A stretch of DNA of 61,633 nt, filler included, from Ionaspis alba (taxonomy: Eukaryota), in the NCBI GenBank assembly GCA_964255285.1. It is 3 parts of 3 records of this genome, joined end to end, with 100 filler letters (N's around TTAATTAATTAA, not from the genome) between each part and the next. Parts side by side here need not be neighbours in the genome. Positions count along the whole stretch, not along the records: positions 1 to 20,506 come from CAXUUL010000244.1; 2 more parts are not named here. One strand, 5' to 3'. The notes below the pieces were generated by a model that worked only from the letters and a program-made list of their open reading frames with translations, was not told where the DNA came from and ran no database searches. Position 1 is the stretch's first letter, and each line of letters starts with the position of its first letter. Positions 1 through 12,675 of this stretch are shown here, piece by piece. Both the position numbers and the translations under genes were made by a program.

Positions 1-207
1 CCCCCCCGGGAGCGGGGGCTGGGGACGGGGCACGGGAAGCCGTACTTGAGTAGGGAGGAGTTTGTGGTGGGGATTTGGCTTGTGGATCAGTGTTTGAAGG
101 GGAGGAAGTTACCAGCGGTCGTGGGGGAGAGTGTTTGGGAGAGTGTGAGGTTGTTGGGGGGTGTCAGGGTTTGGGATGGGAAGGAAAGGGGGAGGAGGGG
201 ACGGTGA
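1..207 (+). CDS. IRS4: 3' end of an EH-domain protein, IRS4/TAX4-like (5' truncated by window edge)
   Basis: Frame 1 translates to ...[37 protein letters not shown]...* (TGA 205-207), matching the C-terminal EH-domain motif of fungal Irs4 proteins. Not in the ORF track. Confidence 0.7.
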   Translation, partial: PPRERGLGTGHGKPYLSREEFVVGIWLVDQCLKGRKLPAVVGESVWESVRLLGGVRVWDGKERGRRGR

Positions 208-765
208 GAGCGTGGATAGTAGGCTGGCTAGGATAAAAGGCTTCGAATTGGCGATCTGGGTGGTAGGTTCTGGAGTTGGGTGTACATAGTGACTTGGGGA
301 GTGACAGACAGATACCCCAGATGGAGATTTAATTCGATGCTTAGACAGCGAAGTTTTGCACAGCTAGTTCAAGATAATGCTTATTGTTTGATACCGTATG
401 TAAAGTTTTCGTATTTGCAGTTTCTGCTTGCTTTTCAATACATGAACTGCGTCCAGAGCGGCTAGTAATCAAGAAAGAGCAGCCAGCGTCACAGACATCC
501 ACCGTAGTTACACACCAAACGCCTCTTTGCAGCATTTCTTGCTCATTCACTCCTTCGCTTGCAAAAATCTCCCCGCCAATGTTCTTGGGCAAAATTTCTC
601 TCAGTCCAATAAAACATCATCATACGAACAAATCCACAACAGTCAAAGTATCTAGCCGGAAAAAGGTACAAGTCCAGAAGGTAACGTACAGCCGATCACT
701 TCACCACGATCAAGGCGTCCTACTTCACATGAGCACCACATTCCTTGGTACCACAATCGCGCTCC

Positions 766-3186
766 TCAGAAAGCATCTTCATCAGTCCACCCGGCGTCAC
801 TCCCGGCCGGCACGAACCTTCCCCGCTCCTCCACCAGCGTCTCCGGCTGCACACCCCTCAACCTCTTCCCCTGCCCCTGTCTCGGCGGCGAATAGCCTCC
901 CTCAGGCGTGAAACGTTTTCCCCTCGCAGCCTTCAGCTTCGCATAATAAGCCTCGGTAGCATCAACCTCGGGCTCACTAGCATCATCATAAGTCTCCCAA
1001 TTCTCGCTTCCCGAAACAGCCTGTGACGTCGAGCTCGTCGTTGAGATCTGCCTGCTGTCCGCATGCGGGATGTAGCGCTCGTAGTTGCCCACGGGTGCAA
1101 GGTCGCGGTAGGATTGTGGTGTTGAGCGGTGGGGAGGTGGGGCGTAGGACATGTGCTCAGCGCGGTCGGAATAGGGATCTTCGGGACTGTGATGTCGGAT
1201 CGGACCTGTACCATTTGAGGAGGCTGCAGATGCACACCGCCAATTTTCGGAGTCAGAGGCGTTGACAGGAGTTGCCTCGGGAGGGATGAAGAGATCGCGC
1301 ATTTTAGGTGGAGGAGCACGAGCGGGCGGACCCATCTTACGCATGGTGTTAGAATCGTAAGAGTATTCGGTAGGAGGGGCGGCGCGGCGTTCAGGGGAGT
1401 TGTTGCCATTTTTCATGCCGGCCAGAGGAACCCGAGAGGGTATCTTGGAGGGCGACGTATGCGTAGGTATCGAGGTGACGGAGCTTGCCAAGGGGTTGCG
1501 GCGAAGAGTAGCTGTTGGTGTGCGGGCTCCTGAGCGAGGTGGAGGGTTGCGCATTACGCTACCAGCACGAGAGCTTGCAGGAGCGGCTTTCGCACCTTTC
1601 ATCATGGGGGCAGGACCCGATGGTGTCTTTGATCGTGGTGGTAGGGCTTTAATTGCCGAGGCGGCCAATTCGTCGAGATACCTCTGTCCGTGTACCAGGA
1701 AAGGTCGGCCGTATTCATCCTCCCAGCGCTCAAGAGTCCTTCTCAATTCCACTTCGACTTTTGGCAAGTCCTTGGTTATTCTCTTTCGCATCTTCTCTTC
1801 CCTAAGCAGTCGCGTTGGATCTCGCTTCTCGCCTTTGGTCCCCCGACCCATCAGCCGAGAAGCATCCTGACTCGAAGCCGCTAGATCTTCTCGATCCTTG
1901 ATGAGTGACCTATGCTTATCAATGAGCTGTAGAGTTGGCAACCGCTGCTCCTTGAGGCTTTCTAGGCGAGCGATTTCACCTTCGTGTGCTGAGAGTAGAG
2001 CATCGCTGTAGACTTCAGAAAAGGCGGGAGTAAAGTCGAGCATCTCCTCCTCCGAGAAGTAGAGTTGATCCCATAGCTCTTGCAGTTTGTACCTAGCATC
2101 CTCGACGAAGAGATGAAGATTTTGCCTCTTGAGCTCGTTCAGCCGATCCAGTTCTGCCTCGAACTCATTGATGACTCTGAGCCCACAGCCTCGAGTTCCT
2201 GCAAGGAACCTCTTACGATCCATGTCTTCAATTCCTAGACGATCCCAAAGACCTTCCATTGTTGTTCTCATTTCCTTGAGCTTGCGCTCACGACCACGTT
2301 TTTCCTCATGCAGTTTGTCTCGCCTTGACTGCAGCCTAGTAATGTCTTTTTGATGCAGACCCAATTGTTCGGGTGATTCACGATAATTTTTGACAATTGA
2401 GCTATCTGTCTGCGCCTGGGGGGTCCCTAATTCTGCCCAGAGATTGACTACTTCCTCCGACGTGGCTTTGACCGTCGCAATACGGCGCGTGTACTCTTCA
2501 TAAACCCGTGTGAACTCATGGTCTAGCGACGTGACGTATGAAGGAGATAGGTCAAACGTCGGAGGTATCGATGCGTTCTTTGAAGTAGGTGGAAGCGTCA
2601 CCTGGATGAAGGTAGGTTCAAGATGGGAGGAATAGGACTCGAGTGCGACGACAAGCTCTGGATCATGTTAGCAAAGCGTTGAGATACGCAGACGTATTGC
2701 TTACTCTTGACTTGCTCGAAGCGTTCGCGATGGATCTTGGCAATCGCGTTGTGCTTCTCCTTCAACCCTTTTATGCAGCGCGAAAGTGGGACGGTAACTT
2801 TGAGATCTTCGTCTTCGGGGGAATAATCATCATTAGGCTTGTGGTCTTCCAGAGACGCTTCCATCTGCCTAATGGTCTTGATTATTCGATATGCCTCCTC
2901 TGTCAACTCATTTTTCTCACTGCGATCAATTAGAGTCCGACTGTTCACATATCAAGAGGAAGCTGACGTACGCGGTGACCAGTCGCAATTGGCTGTGCAG
3001 TGTCTCGGAGAGGGCAGCAAAAAGCTAGAGCCACAATCAGTGTTTTACGAAGAATTGACGGAGATAAGGACACACCTCTGCTTCTCTCGATTCTCTCTCA
3101 TGACTTGGTACTCCAATCTCGTCGTACAAGCCATGCAGTTGACCAATGATGGTTGAGACCTGTGTGTTCAGGTAACTCGTATCCAT
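766..3186 (-). CDS. ASE1: Spindle midzone microtubule-bundling protein, MAP65/Ase1/PRC1 family (4 exons)
   Basis: ATG at 3186 gives MDTSYLNTQVSTIIGQLHGLYDEIGV. Three GT-AG introns join it to ORFs 2598-2948 and 766-2601, which contain LQELWDQLYFSEEE and RLLREEKMRKRI plus a basic disordered tail. Confidence 0.93.
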
Positions 3187-3610
3187 AGCTGAGGCTTTCG
3201 GTTCTTCGAGATTGTGGTAAAGTGATTCAAATGCTAGTTCTGTAGATAGAAGAGGATGCCTCTAGAGAGCTGACGGAGCACGCCTCTCCGGCGAAATCTT
3301 CCGTTGAAGAGCAAAATGATCACAGGACGGTCCTTTCACACAGGTAAGGCTGTAGAAACAGAGAGTTGCCGATGTTATTCTTTGAGAAGTCTCGCGCTTG
3401 TGTAGCTATAGATCTCAAATGCGGAGCTGGTTTTGAAGTTCGCGATGTTTTGCGGCTGTCGCCCTGAGCAACAATCTTATCGTTAGCCGATCAGCCTTAT
3501 ATGACTTTCGGTACGAGAGCGCAACTCTAGTAACTCAACGACTTTTTCAGAACTATGGACACTTCAAGATGAGATATCTTCGAGCTGCACATTAGCGAAG
3601 CTGATCCAAA

Positions 3611-4671
3611 ATGACATCTCTGCAAAAAGCATGGGGTAAGTGCTCCTTGGCGCAGCTTGCTGTATTCTCATAGGCTAATATAGCCTAGAGCTTGAGAATG
3701 CAGTGAAGCTCGTAGACCCCACCCGCGATGCTCTCTATGCCTACGATTCTGCCGAACAGAAGAGCATGCAAGATGAGAAACCATGGAAGAAGGATCCTCA
3801 TCACTTCAAAAATGTTCGCATTTCCGCCGTTGCCCTCCTTAAAATGGTTATGCATGCTCGTTCGGGCGGCTCCTTGGAAGTCATGGGCCTGATGCAGGGT
3901 AAGGTTGTTGGAGATACCTTTGTCGTGACCGATGCTTTTCGCTTGCCTGTCGAAGGCACGGAGACAAGAGTCAACGCTTCAGCAGAAGCCGACGAATATA
4001 TTGTGCAGTATCTTGAATTGTGTCGGGAGAATGGGCAGATGGAGAACGCAGTGGGATGGTATCATAGCCATCCTGGCTACGGATGCTGGCTCTCTGGAAT
4101 TGACGTTGGCACTCAGGCAACACAGCAGTCGTTTCAAGACCCTTTTCTAGCAGTGGTCATAGATCCAGACCGCACAATCTCAGCTGGAAAGGTTGAAATC
4201 GGTGCTTTCAGGACGTTCCCAGAGGACTACAAGCCAGCAGGTGATCAGGTGGACGATGGTTATCAAACGATTCCACTCGCCAAGATCGAAGACTTTGGAG
4301 CTCATGCAAGTCGTTACTACTCACTAGAAATATCGCACTACAAAAGCACACTCGATACCCATCTTCTGGAGTTGCTGTGGAACAAGTATTGGGTATCTAC
4401 GCTGAGCCAAAGCCCGCTCTTTACCAACAGAGAGTACAGCAGCAAGCAAATGATGGACCTTAGCCAAAAGATCCGCAATTTGAACGGCACGGTGGCCAAG
4501 ATGTCGTCTATTGGAGCTCGAACAGCTCACAAAGATTTGCAAATAGAGAAGATGGTGAAGGATAGCAACAAGATTGCCGGGGAGGAAGTGAACGGTCTTC
4601 TGGCTGGAGAAATTAAGGCCAAGCTGTTCAATGGCATTGGTGCTACTGCAAGGGATCAAAGTCAATCGTAG
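3611..4671 (+). CDS. CSN5: COP9 signalosome subunit 5, JAMM/MPN+ deneddylase (2 exons)
   Basis: JAMM motif [17 protein letters not shown] and [17 protein letters not shown]. Exon 1 is 3611-3635 and the intron is 3636-3688. Confidence 0.96.
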
Positions 4672-5001
4672 ATCGATGGGCAGGGTTCGCCAGAATGGGA
4701 ATGGAATTTGTCATGCATCATGGGGCGCTACGAGACATGGAGCATTTCTGAGGGCGAGCACGGAGTCTCTGATAGAAACCTAGACGTGCAATATGAATCG
4801 TTCCTAGTGTTCTACTTACCATCCACGATGTGTGATTGCTCAATACCTATGTGATTCCGGCCAAATAATACACAAGTCTCGCCTCGGAAGTACTTGGTGA
4901 TTATAAATATATCTATTGCTGAATGCTGTATACGAACTTTCCCAGATTATTGCCCAAGCCATCAAGCTGAGACATTTCCAGCGACGACTCTAGGAAGAAA
5001 C

Positions 5002-7111
<2,110 letters not shown>

Positions 7112-7329
7112 TCAAATTTAGGGCGATGATGTCGTCTCTCACAAGCCCCAGCCGCAAGCGTGAAGGAACAATTTCACCGCCAAGGGTCAACCAGGCCTCC
7201 AAATAGTCACGCCTCTAGAATGGAGTATGACTCTACGTGAATCTCTCGATCCGAGATATCTGAGCTCTTTGTTCTCTTTCCAGCTCACCATTCCCACGTC
7301 CTCCATCCACCATTGCATAGATCCTCAAA

Positions 7330-8874
7330 AGTGAGTCGTCAGTCTGCTGGGCTCCTGTGGCTCGAGCTAAAATTTCGTTAGTGAACGGCTCTACCGAAGA
7401 AATAGATCTCTATGGTAAGGTTGCTTGCGTAGTTCAAGGCATCGGGCGTTTCTGACGTTCTATCAGAGATTCTTGGAATACAGCATGGTGCCAGCAAAGC
7501 ACAGATCAAAAAAGCGTACCACAAGGTATTTCCTACAGCTCCTCTCTCATTAGAAAAATACAACCTTCTCACTTATGATCAGGCTGCGCTTGCCAGTCAT
7601 CCGGATAAGGTCGCCGAAGATGACCGAGCCGAAGCAGACAGCAAGTTCAAATCCATAAGTCAAGCATACGAGATCCTCAGCGATGATGAAAAGAGACACC
7701 TTTACGACACTCATGGCATGTCAGCCTTTGACAACGGCCGGGGAGGAATGGGAGGCGCAACTACTATGGACGATATCTTTGCTCAGATGTTCGGGGGCGG
7801 CATGGGCGGCATGGGTGGCATGCCACCGGGATTTGGTGGTGCAGGACCTGGACCTAGAAAGCCTCGGAAAGGGAGAGACGAAGAACAGGCGTATGAAGTG
7901 ACTTTGGAAGAGCTTTACAAGGGAAAGAGCACCAAGTTTGCGAGCACGAAAAATGTTCTTTGCAGTCATTGCAAAGGGAAGGGCGGGAAGGAAGGGGCAA
8001 AGCCAAAGCATTGTGACAGCTGTCAGGGTCGTGGTATGGTTTTCCTAAAATCTTGATCCGATAATAGCGTACTAACACTTATAGGTGTCAGGCTAGCTCT
8101 TAGGCAAATCGGTCCTGGCTTGGTTACACAAGAAACTGTAGCCTGCGACACATGTGCCGGAACTGGAAGTGTTTATAAAGAAAAGGACAAATGCAAGAAA
8201 TGCAAAGGCAAGAAAGTCACATCAGAGCGAAAAATACTTGAGATCTACGTCCCGAGAGGTGCCAAGTAAGTTTTGCCTCTATCGAAAAGCTCGAATGATA
8301 CTAAATGATGAACAGACAAGGAGATCGAATTGTCCTCGAGGGTGAGGCAGACCAGGTCCCAGACCAGCAGCCCGGCGATATTGTCTTTGTGTTGAGAGAG
8401 ACGGAACACCCGGTATTCAAGAGATCAGGTGCAGATCTCACTGCTCGACTTGACATTACACTTGCCGAGGCTCTATGTGGGTTCTCAAGAGTCGTTATCA
8501 AACACTTAGACGGCCGCGGTCTGCATATGGATCACCGACAGCCCAAAGGTCGTATATTGAAGCCCATGCAAATCATTAAGGTTCCAGGCGAAGGTATGCC
8601 ACACAAAAAAAGTGAGCTCAAAGGAGATCTGTATCTTGTTGTGGATATCAAATTCCCCGAGGATGGATGGCTCAAGGACGAGTCTACCATTTCAAAACTG
8701 CAAGAACTGCTCCCTTCCCCGGAAGAACCTATCAATGCCGATACGGTCGACGAAGTCGAATACGACGAGACGGCCACTATGGAAGAATTTGGCGGCGCAG
8801 GAATAGGTCATGGAGATGTATGGGAAGACGAAGATGACGAAGAGGCCGGACAACCTCAATGTGCTCAGCAATGA
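7330..8874 (+). CDS. XDJ1: Type I DnaJ/Hsp40 co-chaperone, Xdj1/Ydj1-like, with C-terminal CaaX (CAQQ)
   Basis: J domain (IDLYEILG...IKKAYHK...HPDK), G/F region, CxxCxGxG zinc-finger repeats and C-terminal CAQQ. The start codon is inferred as A(7330)|TG(7382-7383) across intron 7331-7381. Confidence 0.88.
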
Positions 8875-9347
8875 TATGGTTCCTTACGCTTAGCATTGCA
8901 TGGCGTTGGCGGATCACATCATAGAGTGTTTTAGACGAAAACCTTACAGGTTCATCATGCATTGCATGCAGACCATGGAGCTGGTGCAGAAGATCATGTC
9001 ACATAGACGATACTCATTATGTCGATCAAATTGCATTGGGGTTCGTAGTAGTATGATACAATGCATTACCACTCATGAACCCCAGAAAAAGTTCAAGGCC
9101 TTCATAGCAGTACCGCAAGCTTCCACCTTTAGCATCCTGAACGGAGTGATACTGGAACTTGTTCCATTTGTGAACAAAGGGGTCTGGAGAGCAGAAGAAT
9201 CATGGTTCCTGCCAATAGGAACTAGCGGCAGTGAAAACCCTACCGACTCGCCTAATTTTAGCGCGAAGCTAGCAGCACTTCAGCGACTTCCATGCCATAA
9301 TTCAATATCGACAGTGACGGCAATCGACCATAACCACAACCGCCACG

Positions 9348-9406
9348 GTGGGAATCCCATATCATTGTTACAAAGGACAATTGACTGACATCGATCTCGT
9401 TTTCAG
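9348..9406 (+). other. Probable 5'-UTR intron of RPL32 ending immediately before the ATG
   Basis: GTGGGA donor at 9348, ACTGAC branch point, and TTTTCAG acceptor abutting the ATG at 9407. Confidence 0.6.
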
Positions 9407-10323
9407 ATGGTCGCCGCAAAGAAGCACGTTCCGATCGTGAAAAAGCGTGAGTTTGACAACCTCTCCCAACCTACCTATCGATATCGCAACCCTATCCAAG
9501 AAACTTGAATTCAGTGGCCTTTGGACGCAGTCTCGGTCGAGAAGCTGACTTGTCGTCCGTACAGACCCAAAGCGCTTCAATCGTCACCAGAGCGACACCT
9601 ACAAATGCGTTGACGCAAGCTGGAGGAAACCGAAGGGTATCGACAACAGAGTACGACGGCGATTTAAGGGCCAGGCTGTTATGCCATCGGTACGTGAGAC
9701 CAAGAATAAATTGGCAGAAGTCTGGGTGGGAAGAGAGCCAGGGATCAACACATTTACGAGAATGAAATAAGATTTTTGGACCAACAGCAGCGGGATGAAC
9801 GACAGCAGAAGCACTATCTGGAAGAATCATTATTAGAAACTGCATGGTACAGGCGCTGACGGATCTGCGACTACAGATCGGGTTTGGCTCCAACAAAAAG
9901 ACCCGCCACCTAATGCCCNNNNNNNNNNNNNNNNNNNNNNNNNNNNNNNNNNNNNNNNNNNNNNNNNNNNNNNNNNNNNNNNNNNNNNNNNNNNNNNNNN
10001 NNNNNNNNNNNNNNNNNNTCTGCGACTACAGATCGGGTTTGGCTCCAACAAAAAGACCCGCCACCTAATGCCCTCCGGCCACAAAGCCTTCCTCGTCAAC
10101 AACACTCGTGATGTCGATCTCCTCCTCATGCACAACAAAACCTACGCTGCCGAGTGAGTGGCATCACGCTACCATATCCAAGTCTAAAGCATGATTCGCT
10201 GACGAGCTGGATAGAATTGGACATGCCGTTTCGTCGAGAAAGAGAGTTGAGATCGTTGCTAAGGCGAAGCAGTTGGGCGTCAAGGTCACAAACCCAAGAG
10301 CGAGAGTTACTACGGAATCATAG
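9407..10323 (+). CDS. RPL32: 60S ribosomal protein eL32 (4 coding exons, interrupted by an assembly gap with duplicated flank)
   Basis: Spliced translation [24 protein letters not shown]...[17 protein letters not shown]...[22 protein letters not shown]...[26 protein letters not shown]. Confidence 0.95.
9919..10018. other. N100 assembly gap with about 55 bp duplicated on both flanks (false gap)
   Basis: tctgcgactacag...cctaatgccc occurs both before and after the gap. Confidence 0.9.
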
Positions 10324-10573
10324 GATGGTAACTTCGGTGCTTCGTGTTTGGAGTCCTTCGAGATAGAGCAGTTAGGTCTTCGCTGAAACTAGGTCTCTGC
10401 TCTCCACGACCGGATCTCGAAGATCTTTAACGGTGACAAAACACACGTGTAATATGGCTAACAGTTAATGATCAACCTTAATTCTTGTATCATGTTCCAA
10501 ACGGCCAGTCCAGGTTACGGAGAACTAGGAGCTCCGACATGTCAACGAGATTATCTATGTATACCTGCCAAGT

Positions 10574-12091
10574 CTATCCCGGCATGACCCACAATGGCTT
10601 GCTGGGCTCAATGTGTCTGAGCTTTCCATTTGCCACTACATGAGGTCTCCCTTCGTTGATCTCCAGGCCCTCAAGCTTCTCGACCAGCGCCATTGGGTCG
10701 GTATCCTCAGTGACCTCTGTCGGGCCCGCCATCCCCTCTGGTGGCAACGCCCACTTCGGCAGCTCCGTCTCATAAGCCCACTTCCCATCCGCACAAGCAT
10801 ACCTCTTGGCATGCAAGTAGATACCCAACTCATGCACTCCAGGATCGCTATACAATGGCGTTTGACAAATGTCACAGACCTCACCCGTCATCTTCTCCGC
10901 TTTCTTCTTGTTATACTCTTCCATCATCTCGTCATGGTATGCCATCGCTTCAGCCACCTCCTCCTTCCCCATTTTAGACAGTCGCGAAATGATGTCCTCG
11001 TCTGCGGAAGCAGAGTCGTCGCCAGCAGCGAGAGAGGGCCCGAATACACGTTGGTTGCAGTAGATGGGATCGTTGGCGATGGGATGCCCGAGGTATTGAA
11101 GGTGCACTCGCAATTGATGTGTTCGTCCTGTGAGGGGCAGGCACCGCACGATGGAGTAGCCTTCCTTCGCTTTCCAGACCATTTTCGAGTCGCGAATTTT
11201 CTCCTTTTCCGTACGGGTGTCTTCGAGTGGAGTGGGTCTCTCGGACGTCTTCCTAGGAGGATAGTATGCTAAGCGTCTGAATATCGTTCGCGCCTCCTTG
11301 CCACTTGCGCGGGCTCTGTTGAGGCCGAGCTTGGGACTTATTTGCATAATCGGTTGGTCGCAGATGACATCGCCTTCCGGGAACTCGCCAATGACTCGCG
11401 CGATGTATTCTTTCTTGACGTTACGATCTTTGATCTGAACGCTCAGCTCTTCTGCAGCTTTGGCGTGCTTGCCGATGAACATGACACCGCTTGTCAGGCG
11501 GTCTAGTCTGTTACATGGCAAAGGGTTCCACCCGTAGCCTCTTTCGGCGCGCATGATCTCGACGATGGAATTGTAGTTGTAGCGGCCTGCTGGGTGGACG
11601 GGCACACCTGCAGGTTTATTGATGACGATCATGTTGTTGTCCTCGTGGACGATACCGATGGACTGGGCAGTAACAGGAGGTTCATGCCGGTGCAGAGTGT
11701 GGGATATGACATCGCCATTCTTGACCATTGATTTGACCGGCACGGCCTGGCCATTGACAACAACTTTTCCACGCTCTATGGCGTCTTTCTAAGGCATGTC
11801 AGTACCAGGTCCAGAGTCACATGGTTCGTTTTCACCCACGTAGTACTCCGCTGGTCTATCTCGAAACTCTGTAGCAAATATATTCAGCAGCTCCTTTCCT
11901 CGCCATCTTTCCTTGCAATAAGTATTATAAGTATAATGATATGGATGTACTTTGCGCAATCCGTCCTCCAGATAGTATGGTCGTGGCCAAGGATCAGAAG
12001 GCGTGGTGACTACTGCTGGTGGTGGCTTTAGAATGTCGGGCTCTTCAGCAAAGTCAGTCGGACGAGCTTGTTCTACGACTGTGAGGGCCAT
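10574..12091 (-). CDS. RluA-family tRNA pseudouridine synthase (Pus9/Rib2-like, no deaminase domain), 2 exons
   Basis: [12 protein letters not shown], catalytic [33 protein letters not shown] and N-terminal [11 protein letters not shown]. Confidence 0.9.
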
Positions 12092-12675
12092 ACACGGCGA
12101 CTGCACGCTAGCCCGCCGTGCAAGTAGTGCTAGTATACGTGGTGAAGGCGCCAGCTGGAGCAGCTGTGTTGAGTTGGGTGGTCCAGAAATATTAGGGTTC
12201 AAGACACAAATGGGATCTGCCGAGAATTTCGATGAACAACGATTTGGGGGTGCGTAGCGTGTCTTTTCCGGCTGCTAGCTAACGGGACTTTAGTGACCGA
12301 CCCAGCTAAAGCTGAACCCTTACGATATTTGACAGCTAGATGACTTGGTAGAGGATTAGACCTTCTTCCATCGTCATGAACACGCCTCCAATATTTGATA
12401 TGGGCTGTGCAGCTTCATTATTGTATCAGTTTCGACAAGCTCAGTATATCCGCGCTCTTCTCGTCAATCGTTACTTCAGTTCTACACGCAATTCTGTGTT
12501 GGGCAACAAGTGCCAGGTTAAATGACACGCGTGCTCATGAGGGCTAAAAGTTCTTGATTTGCCCCAGTCGATCGATGCACCAGATATATCCATGCACTAC
12601 AGATAGCTCGAGCACAAAGCAGCTTCGATGGACAGCGCTCTCCTTCTCCATTCATGCGCCAACACGGATACCCAT

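Noticed and set aside
384..911. 175-aa + strand ORF and other antisense ORFs (10613-11272, 17986-18534, 21196-21822)
   Set aside because: They are antisense shadows of well-supported genes with no recognisable motifs.
9690..9876. Long RPL32 intron as a possible snoRNA host
   Set aside because: No convincing RUGAUGA/CUGA pair or H/ACA double hairpin was seen by eye. An Infernal/Rfam search would be needed.
9864..10073. Apparent tandem duplication of an RPL32 exon
   Set aside because: The identical copies flank an N100 gap, indicating an unmerged contig overlap.
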